A stretch of DNA of 64,000 nt from the human T2T-CHM13v2.0 reference genome, Homo sapiens, in NCBI RefSeq assembly GCF_009914755.1, contig NC_060933.1. One strand, written 5' to 3'. Below are positions 44,240 to 58,490 of the stretch, piece by piece. The notes beneath the pieces are model-generated. The model saw only the letters and a program-made list of their open reading frames with translations. It did not search any database and had not been told where the DNA came from. Numbering within the stretch: position 1 is the stretch's first letter; each line of letters begins with the position of its first letter. Made by a program: the position numbers and the translations under genes.

Positions 44240-45360
44240 CATGTAGAGCGTGGGCTCTGGAATCAGACTGAGGTTTGAATCCCAGTTCCAGCACTTACTA
44301 GCCATGTGACCTTAGACATGTGGCAATCTCTCTGAGCCTCATAGTCTCATCCATCAATTGGTGCCTATCTCATCGTCTTGTTTGTGGATTCAGCAAGTTA
44401 CAGCATGTAAGTCCCCTAGCCCAGAGTCTAGCAGGCCATTTTAACACTCAGTAAACACTGATTCTAGATATCCCTAAGTCTCTGCCCCTGGAGGAGCTCC
44501 CTATGTATCTGTAGACATTTTAACTCTGGATCCTATTATCCCTTTTGTCTTTTAAGCCCTGCCTGTGTTGCCAGAGGCACTGTGCCCCATTCTGGCTATG
44601 GCAGCCCGATTCCTGGGCTGGCCCTAACTCAGGTGTGGTGCTCTCAGAAGCCTGCCCAGGTTCTGCTTTGGTCTATGCCTTCATGTCACCCAGTTCTCCT
44701 CTAGGCTGCAAGCCTGCCGGAGCCCCGGCTAAGGCCTGCAGCTCTGTTCTGGCTGTGGTGAGGATGGGCTCCCATCACTTCTACCATCCACTACCTGTGT
44801 GGTCTGGACAAATTACCTGCTTGTTACATATTATTTCATTTAGAAATTGGAGGTCAGAGCAGTCATATCCACTGTGAGGGTTCTGTGAGGATAAAATGAG
44901 ATGGTCTCTGTGGAGTGTGTAGCACAGTTCCTGGCACAACGTAGGTGCTCAATAAATCTTGCTGGTGCTTCCCTTTGGCTGGGCCTTGGCTCTCATCCTG
45001 GCACCATTGGAGTCCTACTGTCCAGGGACTGCTGTCCTGTGTGCCTCCTCCATCTGATTCCAGGGGCTCTCCTGGCCTGGATTTTCAGCCCCTGCACCCA
45101 CTGCTCAGCGCTGCCTTTCCCCTTTGAGCATTATTTAATTTAATGAGCACGTTAAAAATATTACAATGTATCATTTTTTTCTAAGCACTTTGCAAATATC
45201 GGCCCATTCAATTCCTATAACTACCTTACAGAGGAGGTGCTATTATTAATGCCATTTTTCAGATGCAGAAAGTCAGGCACTGAGAGTTTAAGTGACTTGT
45301 CCAGGGTCACACAGCCAGGGAATCAGCCTGGTCCATGTAAGTCCCTAACTACTACATGCT
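44240..45360. mobile_element. Three MIR fragments (44240-44470 +, 44770-44960 +, 45150-45360 -)
   Basis: MIR head GTAGAGCGTGGGCTCTGGAATCAGAC and reverse core CCATTTTTCAGATG...GAGTTTAAGTGACTTGTCCAGGGTCACACAGC. Confidence 0.7.
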
Positions 45361-46559
45361 GTGGCCTCTTTTTTGTGACCCTTGTGCCCCCAGAGCTCAC
45401 TCCTGAGACCAGAGCCAGCCCCTCTGCCAGATCCCAGGTGGGTAGCTTTCATGGAATTCTGTTACTCCTGCTTGGGCCTCTAGACCCCCAACTTCCACAC
45501 AAGGAAGGTGTGGACATCATGCACCTTTGCTACTGCCACAGCAGTCAGTATATATGGTCTCCTGGGGTGAATATAGATAGAGAAGAATGTAGACTTCCTT
45601 GTGGGTGACAAGGCATGGAAGTCCCTGAAGGACACGCCAGCCATTCTCTTTTATTTGCCCATCTCCTTAGCCCATTCTTAACTCTGTCACAAGAGTCTAG
45701 GCCCTGAATGCCTTACTCCCCAGTCAGACCCACTCTGGTCAGGTCCCCAAAACTGGCACTGTCTCCCTGACTGCCTTACTGGGTCACCTATCTCCCAGGG
45801 TGTTTCAGAACTCCTTTGGTTAGGTGTGTAATTGTCCCACCAGTTCTTCTGAAGATGATTTATAAAAGCAAATCTGGCAGGTCTTTCCTGTTGTTTTTTT
45901 TTCCTTCCTGTGAGAGGGTAGGATGGGAAGAGTGGGAGAAACATGGAGGGAGGAGGAAGAAGAAAGCCATTGAGCACAGTGGTGATGTGCTGTTGGCTGG
46001 TGCCAGCCTGGCAGTGGTCCTGAGGTCTGTTGTAGTGACTTGCCCTTGAGGCAATGCGTTTTCCATGTGGACACGTTTGATGAACGTGGTTTGGAGATGA
46101 CTGCAGTGAGAGTTAGGCACACGTGGAAGGGCCATGTGCTGACGCCAGCTTCCTGTGGCCCGATGGCCTAGATGCCGTGGGGGTCTTCAGAGAGGACTTG
46201 TCACCACTCCCCAGTCTCCTTTCCCAAGGCCTTACGTGATGGACTCCAGACACGGTCAGGGTTGGGCCTGTCTCAGCTCACCTCAAGGCGTCTGACTCCC
46301 AGACCCCTAAGCACAAAACCGGCAGCTAGTGGAGTGAGCCTCATGGTGGGGTGGCCCAGAGCAGCTTTGCAGGGGCAGCTGAAACCAGTGTTGATTCTTG
46401 CTTTCACCTAGGAATGCTTACAGGTGGGGGTATTAAGACTAAGTTTTTTTGCACAGTTAGGGATTATTTCCACAGTGTCTTTGTGTTAAACATTCTTCTT
46501 TGACTGTCAGATGAATGTCTAAATGAATTTTTTGTTGTTAACGTGTTTTTTATTTAAGG

Positions 46560-47360
46560 CAGCTGGTCAGATACCCCTTTGGTTCTGGGCCCACTGATTT
46601 TGAGTTGTCTGTGGATGCCAAAGAAGGTATGGCCAGGAGGCACCTGGCTATCTTGGACGGGAGCTCAGGAGAGAAACTTGGGCTGGACACAGACATGTAG
46701 TTGAAGCCACAACAGTCAGTATATGTGATCTTCTAGGGAGAAATATAGAAGAATGTAGAAGATGACCTTGGACAAGTTGAGGTGGAGATTGTGTCAGAAA
46801 AGAAAAGAGCAGCCGGAAAATAAGACTAAGAGTGAGGGGCCCGAAAGGTGGGGAGACAACAGGAGAACACAGTGTGCAAAGGCAAGGCAGAGGACAACAA
46901 ATATGGTGGAGGCTAAGAGCGGCCGGTGAAGGGGCGCTAATTTCCTAGTTGGGAAGTTGTCTTAGGGGAAGGAACAGTTACAGGGGAGCAGAGAGCAGGG
47001 AAGGCAGGTAGGAGAGGGGAGTGAGTTTAAGTCGTTCTCTTGCAAGGGAGAAGAGTGAGCAGGAGCTGGAGGGGACAGGGTCTGGGAGAGGTGTTTTTTA
47101 TTGTTATTAATATTAATGGGAGAAGCTTAATGCATGTTAAAATGCTAGCAGGAAGGAGAAATTGGAGAGGAAGACGTGGAAGGTACAGGGATGACAGAGG
47201 GCATCAGAGTAAGGTCTCTGAGAAGGCAGAGGGGTGGGATGGGGGCAGGAAGAGAGCGAAAGAAGCCCCTCTTTCATTAAAGCCAGAAGGAGGGAGAGGA
47301 TGCAAGGACATTTAAGTTTGGTGGCAGGAAGTTTTCTTCTCATAGCATCTGTTTTTCCCT
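46560..47360 (-). mobile_element. L2 fragments
   Basis: GGAGCTCAGGAGAGA...GGGCTGGA...GTAGTTGAAGCCA and downstream purine-rich L2 motifs. Confidence 0.6.
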
Positions 47361-48815
47361 GATGAGCCTGAGGAACACCCTGGTGACAGGAGGAAGGTCT
47401 CAGCAGCACCTGGTAAAGGACTGCACAGGCTCTTAGTCCCCTCACATCCAGTCAGCTCAGCCACGAAGTCAGGGCCAGGGACCGTCTGGGCAAGATGTGG
47501 GCCTCAGCGCCCATGGGAAGGGCTGTGCGACAGTCCCTGGGTAGCTCAGTGGCTCACCACAGACACAGAGCTACCAGGGCCGTACTGGTCTCATCCCAAA
47601 CCCTTGTCTCCCTTCTAGAATCAGCCTTGTCTCCTCTGGTCAATTTTAACTAAATTACACTCAAATAAGTTCCACAGTGCGGACCTTTTTTAGGCATTAG
47701 TGACTGGAAGAGTTTTGTTCTATTACTTCACATTTTCCTAAACCCACTTAACACGGATGGAATCTCTTGTAATCCTGTAAGACCAAACACAGAAGAGGAA
47801 CTGCGCCAAAGCGGTCAGGCCCAGTACTTGTTTAGCACAGACAGAATGGTCATACTTCTTCTGACCTTGTGATAAATCTTCTGTGCTGAATTTGGGAGGT
47901 CTTCACACTGAGGAGTGCTCATGCTTCATTCATTAACAGAGGCTGCTTGAGCATCTACTGCCAGCCAGGCCCTGTGCCCCGCATGTCACCTCCCTTGTCA
48001 GGCTCTGCCTCCTTCAGTCTCTGTCACAATTCTGTGGGGTTAGCTATAGCATCTTCATATTTAGTACTGAAGGAACTGATGCTGAGAGAGGTGATTTGTC
48101 TGGTGTTTCCCAGGAAATAAGTGACATGGTGTGGGATTCAGAGCAAGATATTTTGGCTCAAAATCCTTTGCTCCTTCCATTTTATCAAAGTACTTCTCAA
48201 ACATAATGTTTTACTCTGCTGATGTGTTAATTTTAAATGTTACATGCATTCTAGTGCGAAAGATTCCTTAGGAAATTGTTAAAACCCAATAACTCCACAT
48301 AGAGTTTTTGAATTAGGGTCTTAGAAATGTTCAAACCAAGTAAATGTAGGGAAGATGTATTAAGTACCAACTGGTTCTTGCCTGCATGATATCAGCAAAA
48401 TGAAAGAGAAATAATAATAGATTTTGTTAATAATTCAAGACAGTAAAGAGAGAATGGTGTGGGAAAAAGAAGACGTTTGGCGTTCAAGCTGAGTCTGAAT
48501 ACTGCCTTGTTGCTTAACAGCAGCGTGCCCCTGGGAAGAGGAAGGCAGGTAACCTTTATCAAGTACCTGTCACGTGCTAGGTGCTTTGCATGTCTTAATC
48601 TCATTTAATTGTTATAATGAGCTTCCCAGATAAATATAGTATCATACCCACTTTAAGATGAGAAACTAGAAGTTCTGAGAAGATAAGCATTGTGCAGCTG
48701 GTGTGTGGCCAGCCAGGATCTGACCCTGGGGTCCACACTGCTCCCTTTCTGGGTATTGTCTGAAGTTATTACGGTGTGGAAATAAGACCACAGAGTCTGT
48801 ATTAAATTCACTCAT

Positions 48816-48848
48816 GCACATGTGCGTGTGCACACACACACACACACA
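48816..48848. repeat. (CA)n microsatellite
   Basis: Direct reading. Confidence 0.85.
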
Positions 48849-49161
48849 TGACTTCTGCTATTTATTCGAAAATTCAGGAAAAATACAAAGGGAGCAATTA
48901 TCAGCTAGAAATTGGGCAACAACCGTGCCTCAGTCCTGAAACATCAGTTTTATGAGTTGGGTTTTATATTTGGTTATAAACCCATACTTTTCCAGGACTG
49001 GCTTTGTGATTCACTGGGGAGAGAGGCCTATGTCTTCACAAACAAACTTTAAAAGGGCAATAATAACATATATTTGCAAAGTGATTCAAGTATGTGTTTT
49101 AAAGAGAGGGAGATAGTACATGTAACTGAGGTAGGTCAAACATACATTTGAAACCGAACAT

Positions 49162-49302
49162 AGCCTGGGTGCAGTGGCTCATGCCTGTAATCCCAGCCCT
49201 TTTGGAGGCCGAAGCAAGAAGATCGCTTAAGGCCAGGAATTTGAGACCAGCCTGGGCAACACAGTGAGACCCCCATCTCTACAAAAATAAAAATTAAAAA
49301 AA
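49162..49302 (+). mobile_element. FLAM/AluJ left monomer
   Basis: Left-arm monomer with A-rich tail and GAAACC(G/A)A flanking duplication. Confidence 0.85.
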
Positions 49303-51149
49303 GAAACCAAGTGCAAATATATGTCATCAGAACAAGAAGAATCATAGTAAACAGCTGTAACTTCTACAACTTAAAGAGACTCATCTCTGCTTTTGAAAAG
49401 AAGTAGAGTCACAATATTCATCCAAGAGAAAGAAACCTCTTTATTAAAATGGATGTGGTGAGAATTACATGAGATGACATAGGTGAGGTGCCCTGTCCAG
49501 CACCTGCTCTGTGGGGAATTCTTGCTAAATGGTAGCACCAGTGAATTCTGTTGTCATTGCTATTATTTGAGTCTAAGTTGTGAGGGTGTGAAGGACATGG
49601 CAGGCTCCAGGTTGTTTGTGTTCTCTTGTGTGGGTGACCTTAAGGACAGAAGTGAGGCACCAGGAGGAGGTGTCTCGGCCTCTGGCTGGTTCCTCTGTGT
49701 TCCTAAGTCCAGGGCATTCATCTTGTGACCAGGAGCTGCTGTTGCCTTTAGCCAGGCTCCCACCAAGCCCCTGTCTGTGGCTGATTGTCAGGTCCTAAGG
49801 TCTGTTTGACAGGCGTGGCCCTTCAGACGTGACTGCTAGTGGCCAGTTTTGTCCTGGGCTGTTCCTACTGCTCCCCTCCCTGCTCTCCTAGGAGACCCCT
49901 GATCTGTATCTATTGTAGCTGCTGGGCAGCTGCCTCTCACTAAAGATCTTATGAAAACTCTAGGTCAATGGCAAAAAACCAATGTTATTAGTAATACTGA
50001 GGCCTGGTAGGAATTAAAAGGCAGTCTTGTAACTTATAGGTGGAGAATTTCAGAATTTGCAACCTTTGCTACCTTTCCTCTAGTCTGTTTCAGGGCTCCA
50101 CAAGGCACACACTGAGAATGCTGGGCATTTGGATGATGGCTTCTCCTTGGTCCTTTTTTGTAGCACCAAGTAATCCCATTAGATTGCTCCTATTGTGTCC
50201 AGCTTTTATCCCTTGGCTAAGAGCCAGCCTTACTGATAAATAAAATCTAGATAATTCAGTTCTTCAAATTATAATGCTAAACCTAGTGGAAAAAAAGAGA
50301 CAAGGCCTCTGAACAAGATATTAAAGGGGACCTTTCCTTCTGCATGCTTTTGGTTATATGAGGGATTGGAGGGGCCAACTTCAGGACAGAATCTGAGGTC
50401 ATACCAGAAGCTTCTCTGATTGCAGTAGGCTTGGACTGAGACTTTGCCTCACACCAGGAATGGATGATGTCATGTGGCCAGTGAAATCTGAGATTTTTTA
50501 ATGGAGCCCTGGCATCACAACTATGTGGGGATGAGTTCTGCTGGTTAAAACATTTCTGTGCCCCCTCAGACAATTTGCATTGTAAGAAGGACTTCTGGTC
50601 TTAGAGAAGCTGGCAGAGTGGCAGTGGATTTCTTTTGGCACAGAAATCCTGGGAAACATGGCCAGAGTTGTTGAGAAAAGTAATCCAGTTATCCTCATTT
50701 CTGGTAGTCCCAGGCTGCACTGTCACCTACAAACCCAGCCCTTCTCTTCCACCTAGTAAAGATGGGAACAGCCAAGGTGTCAGCCCTTTCCCACCTTCAT
50801 GCATGCTCATGTTCCCATTTAATGCCCCTGGTGTATTTTGCATCCCAACTAGAATCACTGTTGAAATTCATTCTGTGCTTCCTAGGAACTAGCCAGCTGT
50901 GGATGGAGTAAGAAGGAGAAACACAGTCTTGCCCCTAACGTTGTGGCCTTTACCCGGAGGTTTAACCAGGTAAGCAACACCCCTTGCATGTGCCTATCCA
51001 GAGAGCAATCTGCTGCTGTCCCCTGTAGGCTGCGAGCCCCCACCCAAAGCTGTCTCCCAGGCTCCCAGCTGGCCCCAGATCCAGCTTCTCATATGAGTCC
51101 CCCACCTTTATCCAGTTTTGTGCCATTATAGTCCATTTTCACAGAGCAG

Positions 51150-51680
51150 GTGGAACTGAACATACCTTTCCTATGCTTAAATCACTTCAGTGACTTCCAG
51201 TTTCACTTAAGCTAAGGTTCAAGTACCTTAATATGCTTTGCAAGGTTCAGCATGGTGGATCTCGCTTCTGTCCACTCCTCCAGCCTCATCTCTTTTCCCT
51301 CCTCCTGGCCTTCCTTCTCTTACTGATATACCTTATCTCTCTCCTGTCAGGCCCCATGTGTGTGGTCTTCACAGCCCAGAATCCTTCCTCCCTGTTCAAC
51401 TTCCAGTCAGATCTCAGCCTAAATGTCATTTCTTTGGGGAGTCTTCCCTGAATCCCCAGCCTGTGTGAGGTCACATATCCCCACATTGTACCCTGTGCTC
51501 CCTGTGATCCTTTACTAATTTGTCCTCATGTTGTATAACTCTGTAGTCTCCACCTTCCTTGCCGGCCTGGGAGCCCCATAAGCATGTCTATCTTGTTCAT
51601 TACTGTGTCCCCCACCACCTTGCCCAATGTCAGGCATATCATAGACCCTCATTAACAATATATGGAACGAATAGATGAGG
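51150..51680 (+). mobile_element. L2
   Basis: TCAGATCTCAGCCTAAATGTCA...TCTTGTTCATTACTGTGTCCCC L2 3' region. Confidence 0.75.
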
Positions 51681-53232
51681 TGCTCAGGAAGTACCTTTTA
51701 AATTGAATTTTCTTGAATTCCTGATGGCCTGATCCCTGGCCTTGCACTACTTTAAACTGACTTGGTCCAACAAGAACCTGTGCTCCAGGTATGAAGATCT
51801 GGAATGATGATTGGAGACTTGGATCAACTGAGGGAGGTAGGGTGTCTTATTTCTCAGCCAGACCTGCGTGATCTTCAGGAGAAAGCATGCAAACCCCCAA
51901 ATTGTACTGTTGTACTGTTGACAGATTTCCTTCATTCTTATTTTTCTGGTTTCAAATGAGGCCAGTAGCCTAGAGGTTGCGTAGTATGTATGACTGGCCC
52001 TCTGGGTGATGGGGCCTGGATTCCCTTTGGGCCCTCTCTCCAGCTGGGCCTTCTCTCTCGGAAATGCTTGGTCTTGTGCATCACTGTTGCTCAACCCTCT
52101 CCAGGCTTCTCCAGCCTTGACCTTCCACCCCAAGTCCAGCGGGATCCTCAGAAAGGCACCAGCTTGTAGTTTGAAGATTGAGGCTCGAATTAGCATTATT
52201 ATTATTTGATGAGATATAGTAGGAACCAAGAAAGACCTAGGTGCATCTGGAGTAGGGGCTGCACACTGTTTGTTTTGAAAAGAGAAGTTCCAAAGTCTTT
52301 TGCTTCTTTTTTCTTTGTTTTGAAAAATCGTCTCTTTTCAACTGAGCTTAGTCTTTAATTAAAAAAAAAAAGTGTGAGAATTTTGTCAGGGAATTCATAG
52401 TTTCCTTAACAAAACTATTTGACTGGGAGCCAACTCAGTCCCCACCTCTGACCAGCCACAGAGCTCCCAGAGGAGGGTCTGCTGGGGCTCTGATGTAATC
52501 TGCTTTGCATGTGGATGCCAGGTCAACTTGGCAAAGGCGATGTGGCTTATTCTGTGAACAATTGTGTTGTGTCCAGCTCAGACCAAGTGATGAAATGAGC
52601 CAGAAGCAAAGTCACATTTTTTTTCAAACAGTGCTCTGGGAAATGGTCTTCCTGCTGGCCCATCAGCCAGTCGGAGAGCCAGCAACTTCTGGACATAGCC
52701 CTGGTAGCTCTGGTTTGAAAATTGGCCAGAGGCCAGGCCTGGTCAGCCATTGGAGCTGCCTTCTTTGGGATGAACTCGTTGGCGTCCCTTCCTGGCAGAA
52801 TTTTATGTGTGAGAACAAGACTCATCAGACTCCAAATAAAAGAAAGCAGGTCACTTACCTGTCTGAGCCTCAGCTTTCTTTTCTGTAACTGAGAATAATA
52901 GTAGTGCTCTCCTTGCACTGTTGTTATGAAGAACAAATGGAATATGAAGAGCTTTAGCACAATGTCTGGCATGTAGTAAGCATCCAAATGTTTTGGGAGA
53001 AGAAAAGAGAAATGTGAAGATCAGCTGATTGGGAGGAGGTTGCCAGGGGATTTGAGGCTTCTTGTGGCCAAACAGAAACCCAGTGGCTAGTGCTTGCCTG
53101 CTTCTCCGTGGGATCCGAGTCCCTTGGGATTTGCTCATAGAGTGGCTGAGATGGAAGAGTTTGGCCAAGTTCACTAAAGGTCTTTTATGAGCCAGCCTAT
53201 GTTACAACCCCAAGGAATACCCTGTGTAGCAC

Positions 53233-53415
53233 AGAAGTTCTCAATCTTTTTTGGGTCTTGGGTTCTTTTGAGAATCTGACAGTATCACATATGAATGTTC
53301 CTCCAGAAAACTGCAGAGATATACAAATTTGCATTTAATTTTAGGGTGTTCACTGCCTTCCGGAAGTTTATGTGTGGACATTTATGGGTCTGCGGACAAT
53401 AGACTGAGAAGCTGT
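53233..53415. mobile_element. MER103-like hAT-Charlie MITE
   Basis: CAGAAGTTCTCAATC...TTTGAGAATCTGA...CCAGAAAA...AAATTTGCAT...CTGAGAAGCTGTG with degenerate inverted termini. Family name from recall. Confidence 0.55.
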
Positions 53416-53899
53416 GTCTCAGGGAATCCCACAGGCCTGGGTGTGAGTCTTATCGCAACAACTTATTAGCTGTATGATCTTGGGTTGGCTTTTGGCCTCT
53501 CTCAGCCTGGTAGTCCTCATTTATAAAACAGGAAGAATCATTTTAAGTGGTTTTTGAAGACTAAACAAGAATCATGAATATAAACGGGTCACCCCAGTGC
53601 TTGACACTTAGTGAACATTCCATGTAAGCTTAAACAAAGGGGCAGAGTAGTAGGAGCTATGAGCTGAAAGGAAGGTTAAGACCAGACCAACAGGCTTGGG
53701 CATATGTGCAAGGTTGGCCTTGTATCACAAAGATGCTGAAAATTTTGGAAAAGGTGAAGAGGGAATTGGGAGAAACGTGGTTCTAGTCTAGGCCGTGCTG
53801 CTAACCTGCTTTAAGGCCCCTCCTCTCTTTGGGTCTCAGGACCTTTTTCCATTCGTGGAGATTGGACAGGGCCAAATGTTTCCAACTTGTCTCATGGAC

Positions 53900-54480
53900 A
53901 CATTTTATAGTTGCTAATGACTGAAACCCCAGCTCAAACTCAGTTAAGCACAAAAGAGAGCTTCATGGTTTATGTATAATAACTAAATCTAGGGAGATAC
54001 TGACTTCAAATATTGCTGAATCTAGGCAGTGGGGACAGTACCATCTGAACTTGGTCTTGCTCTCTCCACCTCCAGGTTCTGCTTTCCTCTGAGCTGGTTC
54101 TACCTCAGGTAGCCTCCCCCTGTGGTTGCAGGATGGCTAGCAACAATTCCAGGCTTGTATCATATTCCGAGGGCAACCTCAGGAGAAAAGACCTGCTGCT
54201 TTTTCAGTAGCTCTATCTGATGCCCTGGAATTGAGACTCAGTGGCTCAGATTGCCCTGGCTTGTGGCCTATCTTGTTTGTTATGATCTAATCACTGTGAC
54301 CAGGAAGACATGAAGCTCTGATTGGCCAGGTCTTGGAAACAGGCCTTCCTATGGAGGAGAGGCGGTAGGCCTAGGCCACATGGACTGAGAATGGAGAAGG
54401 GGTATTTCCTCAAGGAAAATCAGGGTGTTCTGGAAGGAAGAAGCTATGGATGAGGGCCAGAAAGGAAGACAGATAGTTAT
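53900..54480 (-). mobile_element. MLT1 (K-like) MaLR LTR
   Basis: GTTGC...GAAACCC...CTCAAACT...TTAAGC...CTGCTTTCCTCTG...GATGGC...CTCTGATTGGCCAGG motifs. Confidence 0.7.
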
Positions 54481-55029
54481 CATAGACCTTCTTTTCTCTT
54501 GTACTCTTCCAGTCTGCTCTGAACTTTCTCCCCAATCCATTCTGTTGATACCTTGTCACTCTCAAGTCCTGTCTGCCCTCTGAACTCCCATGCTCATGAG
54601 CCTAGTGACTGAATGTTTCTGCTTCCTCTTGGCTTTAATTGAAACTATTTTAAAAACATTTATTGAGCATTAATGCTGAACTTATTGAATCAGATACTAT
54701 GCTAAGCATTTTACCCGTGCTATCTAATTCAATTTTCACGTGCCTAATGAGATAGATATTTTACACTCATTTCATGGATAAAGAAACTGAGGCTCTGCAA
54801 AGTGAAACAACTTGCTCAAATTTACATAGCTGGTGAATTCCTCTGCTTAAGGGGCCTTCTGTTTTTTTCTGAACACTTTTCTAATAGAAACTTCTGCTTT
54901 TCCAAACCTAATTTATCACAGGGCTGGGAGACAATGTTAGCATTCTCCTTTCTTCCACATGCTATCTCTAAACAGTTACTCTTTCCTCATTGTGTAATAC
55001 TCCCTTTTATATGACGCTCATCACTCTAG

Positions 55030-57200
55030 TTCTATTCATTTATGTATTCAGTAGTCATTGACTGAATATGTACTAGGCTCTGTGCTGGTTCAGGGGGTCA
55101 ACAATAAACAAATTGTCGCCTTTGCCATTGTCAGCTCATAGTCGAGTGTAGGAGGCAAACATGATGGAGGCGATTCCAGTCCAGGGGAATCTGTGCCAGG
55201 ACGGGGAAACCAGAGGAAAGGCATGTGCAGGAGCAAGGGAGGCCAGAGTGGGGTCTGTTCCTTCAATCTGAGTGAGGGATTGGAGCTGTAAACTGGCTGG
55301 GCACAAGAAAATATTAGAAGACAAAATGACAGCCCTTGGTGATTGATTGGTTATGGAGGGAAATGACAGAGAAGAGTAAAAGAGGGTCCTCTTTTGGTAT
55401 TTGGGCAGTCCCATCCTTGAGACAGTGAACACAAAGGAGGAGCAGTTTTGAGAGTTGGAGATGAGTTAGGTTTGGACATGTGGGATGAAGTATGCAGGAG
55501 GTCATTGGATATTTGAGTCCGGAAGTTGGGGAAAGGTCCAGCCTGGAGATGCAAATATTGGAGTCACCTGCATTTGAAGGCCTGGGGTCAGTGAAATCAT
55601 CCAAGGAGAAACAGAGGCCCAAGTGAGTACCTGAGGATTGCTGACATTTAAGGGATGGGCAGAGGAGAGGAGGCCACACAGGAGGCAGAGAGAGAGCAAC
55701 CTGGGAGCAGAACACTTGGTGATATGGAAAGGGCAGTATCTGGAAATCAGTGTTTCAGAAATGAGGGAATGCTACAGAATGAGTCTTCTAAGACAGGGCT
55801 AAAAAAGAGTCCTTTGATTTTAGCAGCAAGGACAGTTTTGCAGGGATGTAGCAGGTTGAGTGGTAGATGTGAGGCAATGAAGAGAGCAGGTGTAAGTGAT
55901 TCTTACAACACTGGCTCCAAGGGGAGCTGAGAAGGGAGTGGCTGGAGAGTGGAGGAGTCAAAAAAGTCCTGGGAGGTGGTTGCATGCTTTTTTCTTCTTT
56001 GAAGTGAGCAGATCCTTAAGGATGTGAAGGAGCCAGTGGACCTGGAAAAGTTAAAGATGAGGAGAGGGAGGAAGTACTTAATGAGGTAAAGTCTCAGAAA
56101 AGGTGGAAGAAGCCAAGACCTGGGTGCCTCTTCAGTGTAAGAGATGAGTCAGCAGAAAGGAAAGGGGCAGATGTAGACCCATTTGTAGGTGCAATACAAG
56201 GAGAGTGATGGCTTTTCTTCGTCAGTGAAATGGGAGGGAAAGGGGGAAGGAGTGGGGCGAGAAGATTGATGGGTTTGGGGAAAGCTTGAAAAAAGCTGCT
56301 ACACAGGAAAGGAGAGAGAGCTGACTCTGGAAATACAGCAAGACTCTTGGGCAGTGATGGTGGCCCAGATGAAATAGAGATTGTGATTTTCTAAGTGGCC
56401 CCAGTGCATGTAGGTAGTAGGTGGTTTTCTCTAGTTGCACTTCTCAGCCTAGGAGTAGGTGCATGGAAGAGCAAATGGTTAGACCCATCCCCTTAGGGGT
56501 TGGCAAAGCAGATTTTTTGGAAGGGTCAAGATGCAAGGGAAGTTAAACTAGTGTCAAAGAAAAGGCTGAAGTAGGCCGGGCATGGTGGCTCAAGCCTGGA
56601 ATCCCAGCACTTTGGGAGGCCAAGGCAGGTGGATCATCTGAGGTCAGGAGTTCAAGACCAGCCTGGCCTACATGGCAAAATCCCATCTCTACTAAAAATA
56701 CAAAAATTAGCTGGGCATGGTGGTGCACACCTGCAGTCCAAGCTACTTGGGAGGCTGAGGCAGGAGAATCACTTGCACTCGAGGGGGCGGAGGTTGCAGT
56801 GAGCCGAGATCTCACCACTGCACTCCAGCCTGGGCGACAGAATGAAACGCTGTCTCAGAAGAAAAGAAAAGGCTGAAGTGACAAATGATAGGGGATTGGT
56901 CTGCTTAAGAGGAAAAGGATGCCAAGGAAAAGGGCTGCCAGGGAATCCAGGACATGGTGAGAGGAAAGGTCTGACACAGTGGGGGTCAAGGAGAGAGTAA
57001 GGACTAGAATGTTTAAAGATTGTAGCCCCAGATGGAACCGAAATTTTCTGACATAGAGCAGGTCTGGGAAATCAAGAAGAAAGAGGTGGCTGAGGTGGTA
57101 GGGAGGTCTAGTTGCTAAAGTTGAAGTGCTCAAGGGATCTGAGGCCAGGGTCATTTGCAGTGATGTTGAAGTTGCCCAAGGAAGAAGGCAGGATTGGTGT
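55030..57200 (-). mobile_element. Long degenerate L2, interrupted by an Alu
   Basis: ATTCATTTATGTATTCA tail and GATGAGTTAGGTTTGGACATG...GGAGATGCAAATATTGGAGTCA motifs. Confidence 0.65.
56574..56862 (+). mobile_element. AluS (Sx-like) with almost no A tail
   Basis: 17 bp TSD AAAGAAAAGGCTGAAGT (56556-56572 and 56863-56879). Confidence 0.94.
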
Positions 57201-57441
57201 GGAGGGGAAGATAGCAATCCAGATCCTGATCTGTTTACCATCTCTACCGTGGAATCATAAACATGTAGCCTTTTCACACGGACTTTTTTCACTTAGCGAT
57301 ATGTAGTTAACATTCATCCATGTCTTTATATTACTTTATATGTCTTGACAGCTCTTTTGTATGTGTATATTCCATTGTATGGATTTACCATCCATGGTTT
57401 GTTCATCCATTCACTTACTGAAGGACATCTCAGTTACTTAG

Positions 57442-57858
<417 letters not shown>

Positions 57859-58034
57859 AGATTTTCAGATCAGCTGGGTATATACCTAGGAACACAAGCT
57901 AGATTGTGTTTGTCCCATTTTGTATTCTCACCAGCAATGAATGAGTGTGTGGCTTCAATCCTTGCCAGCAACTGATATTGTCAGCTATTTTGTGTTTTAG
58001 GCATTCTAGTATGTGTGTAGTAATCTTGCTTTTC

Positions 58035-58490
58035 TCAGCTTTATCCAGACCACTCTTGGACAGTTACGTCTGGTTCTGGGTGCCTCACGTGAGGGGTGAG
58101 GGTGGGAATTATCACACAGGAGTGGCATGTAAGTATTACAGTGACTAGAAGAGTAGGGGAAGGAAAACATGTTATACAGGGATAGGTGGAGGATCTGTGA
58201 GTGAGAAGACTCAGGGAGAAGGTCATCAAGGTTTTCAAGCAATTGAGGAGTTCTTAATGGGGAAGCTGGATTCAACATAATCTATGGGGCCTGGTCAATA
58301 AGTGCAGGGCCCAAGGGATGGAAACGGGGAGGCAGTTGGCCTCCTCCTAATATAAGGAAGTTTCTTAACCATGAAGGCTGAGGCAGAGACCAGACAAGGG
58401 CTTTATTACTGTAGAACACCATGCAGCTGTCAGGGCAGGGAGTAGATGGGACCTCTAAGATGCTTTCAAACTCTTGGTTTCTAAGAAAAC
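58035..58490 (+). mobile_element. L3/CR1 LINE fragment
   Basis: CAGACCAC...TTCTGGGTGCC...AGAAGACTCAGGG...AATATAAGGAAG..TTTCTTAAC motifs typical of L3. Confidence 0.6.
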
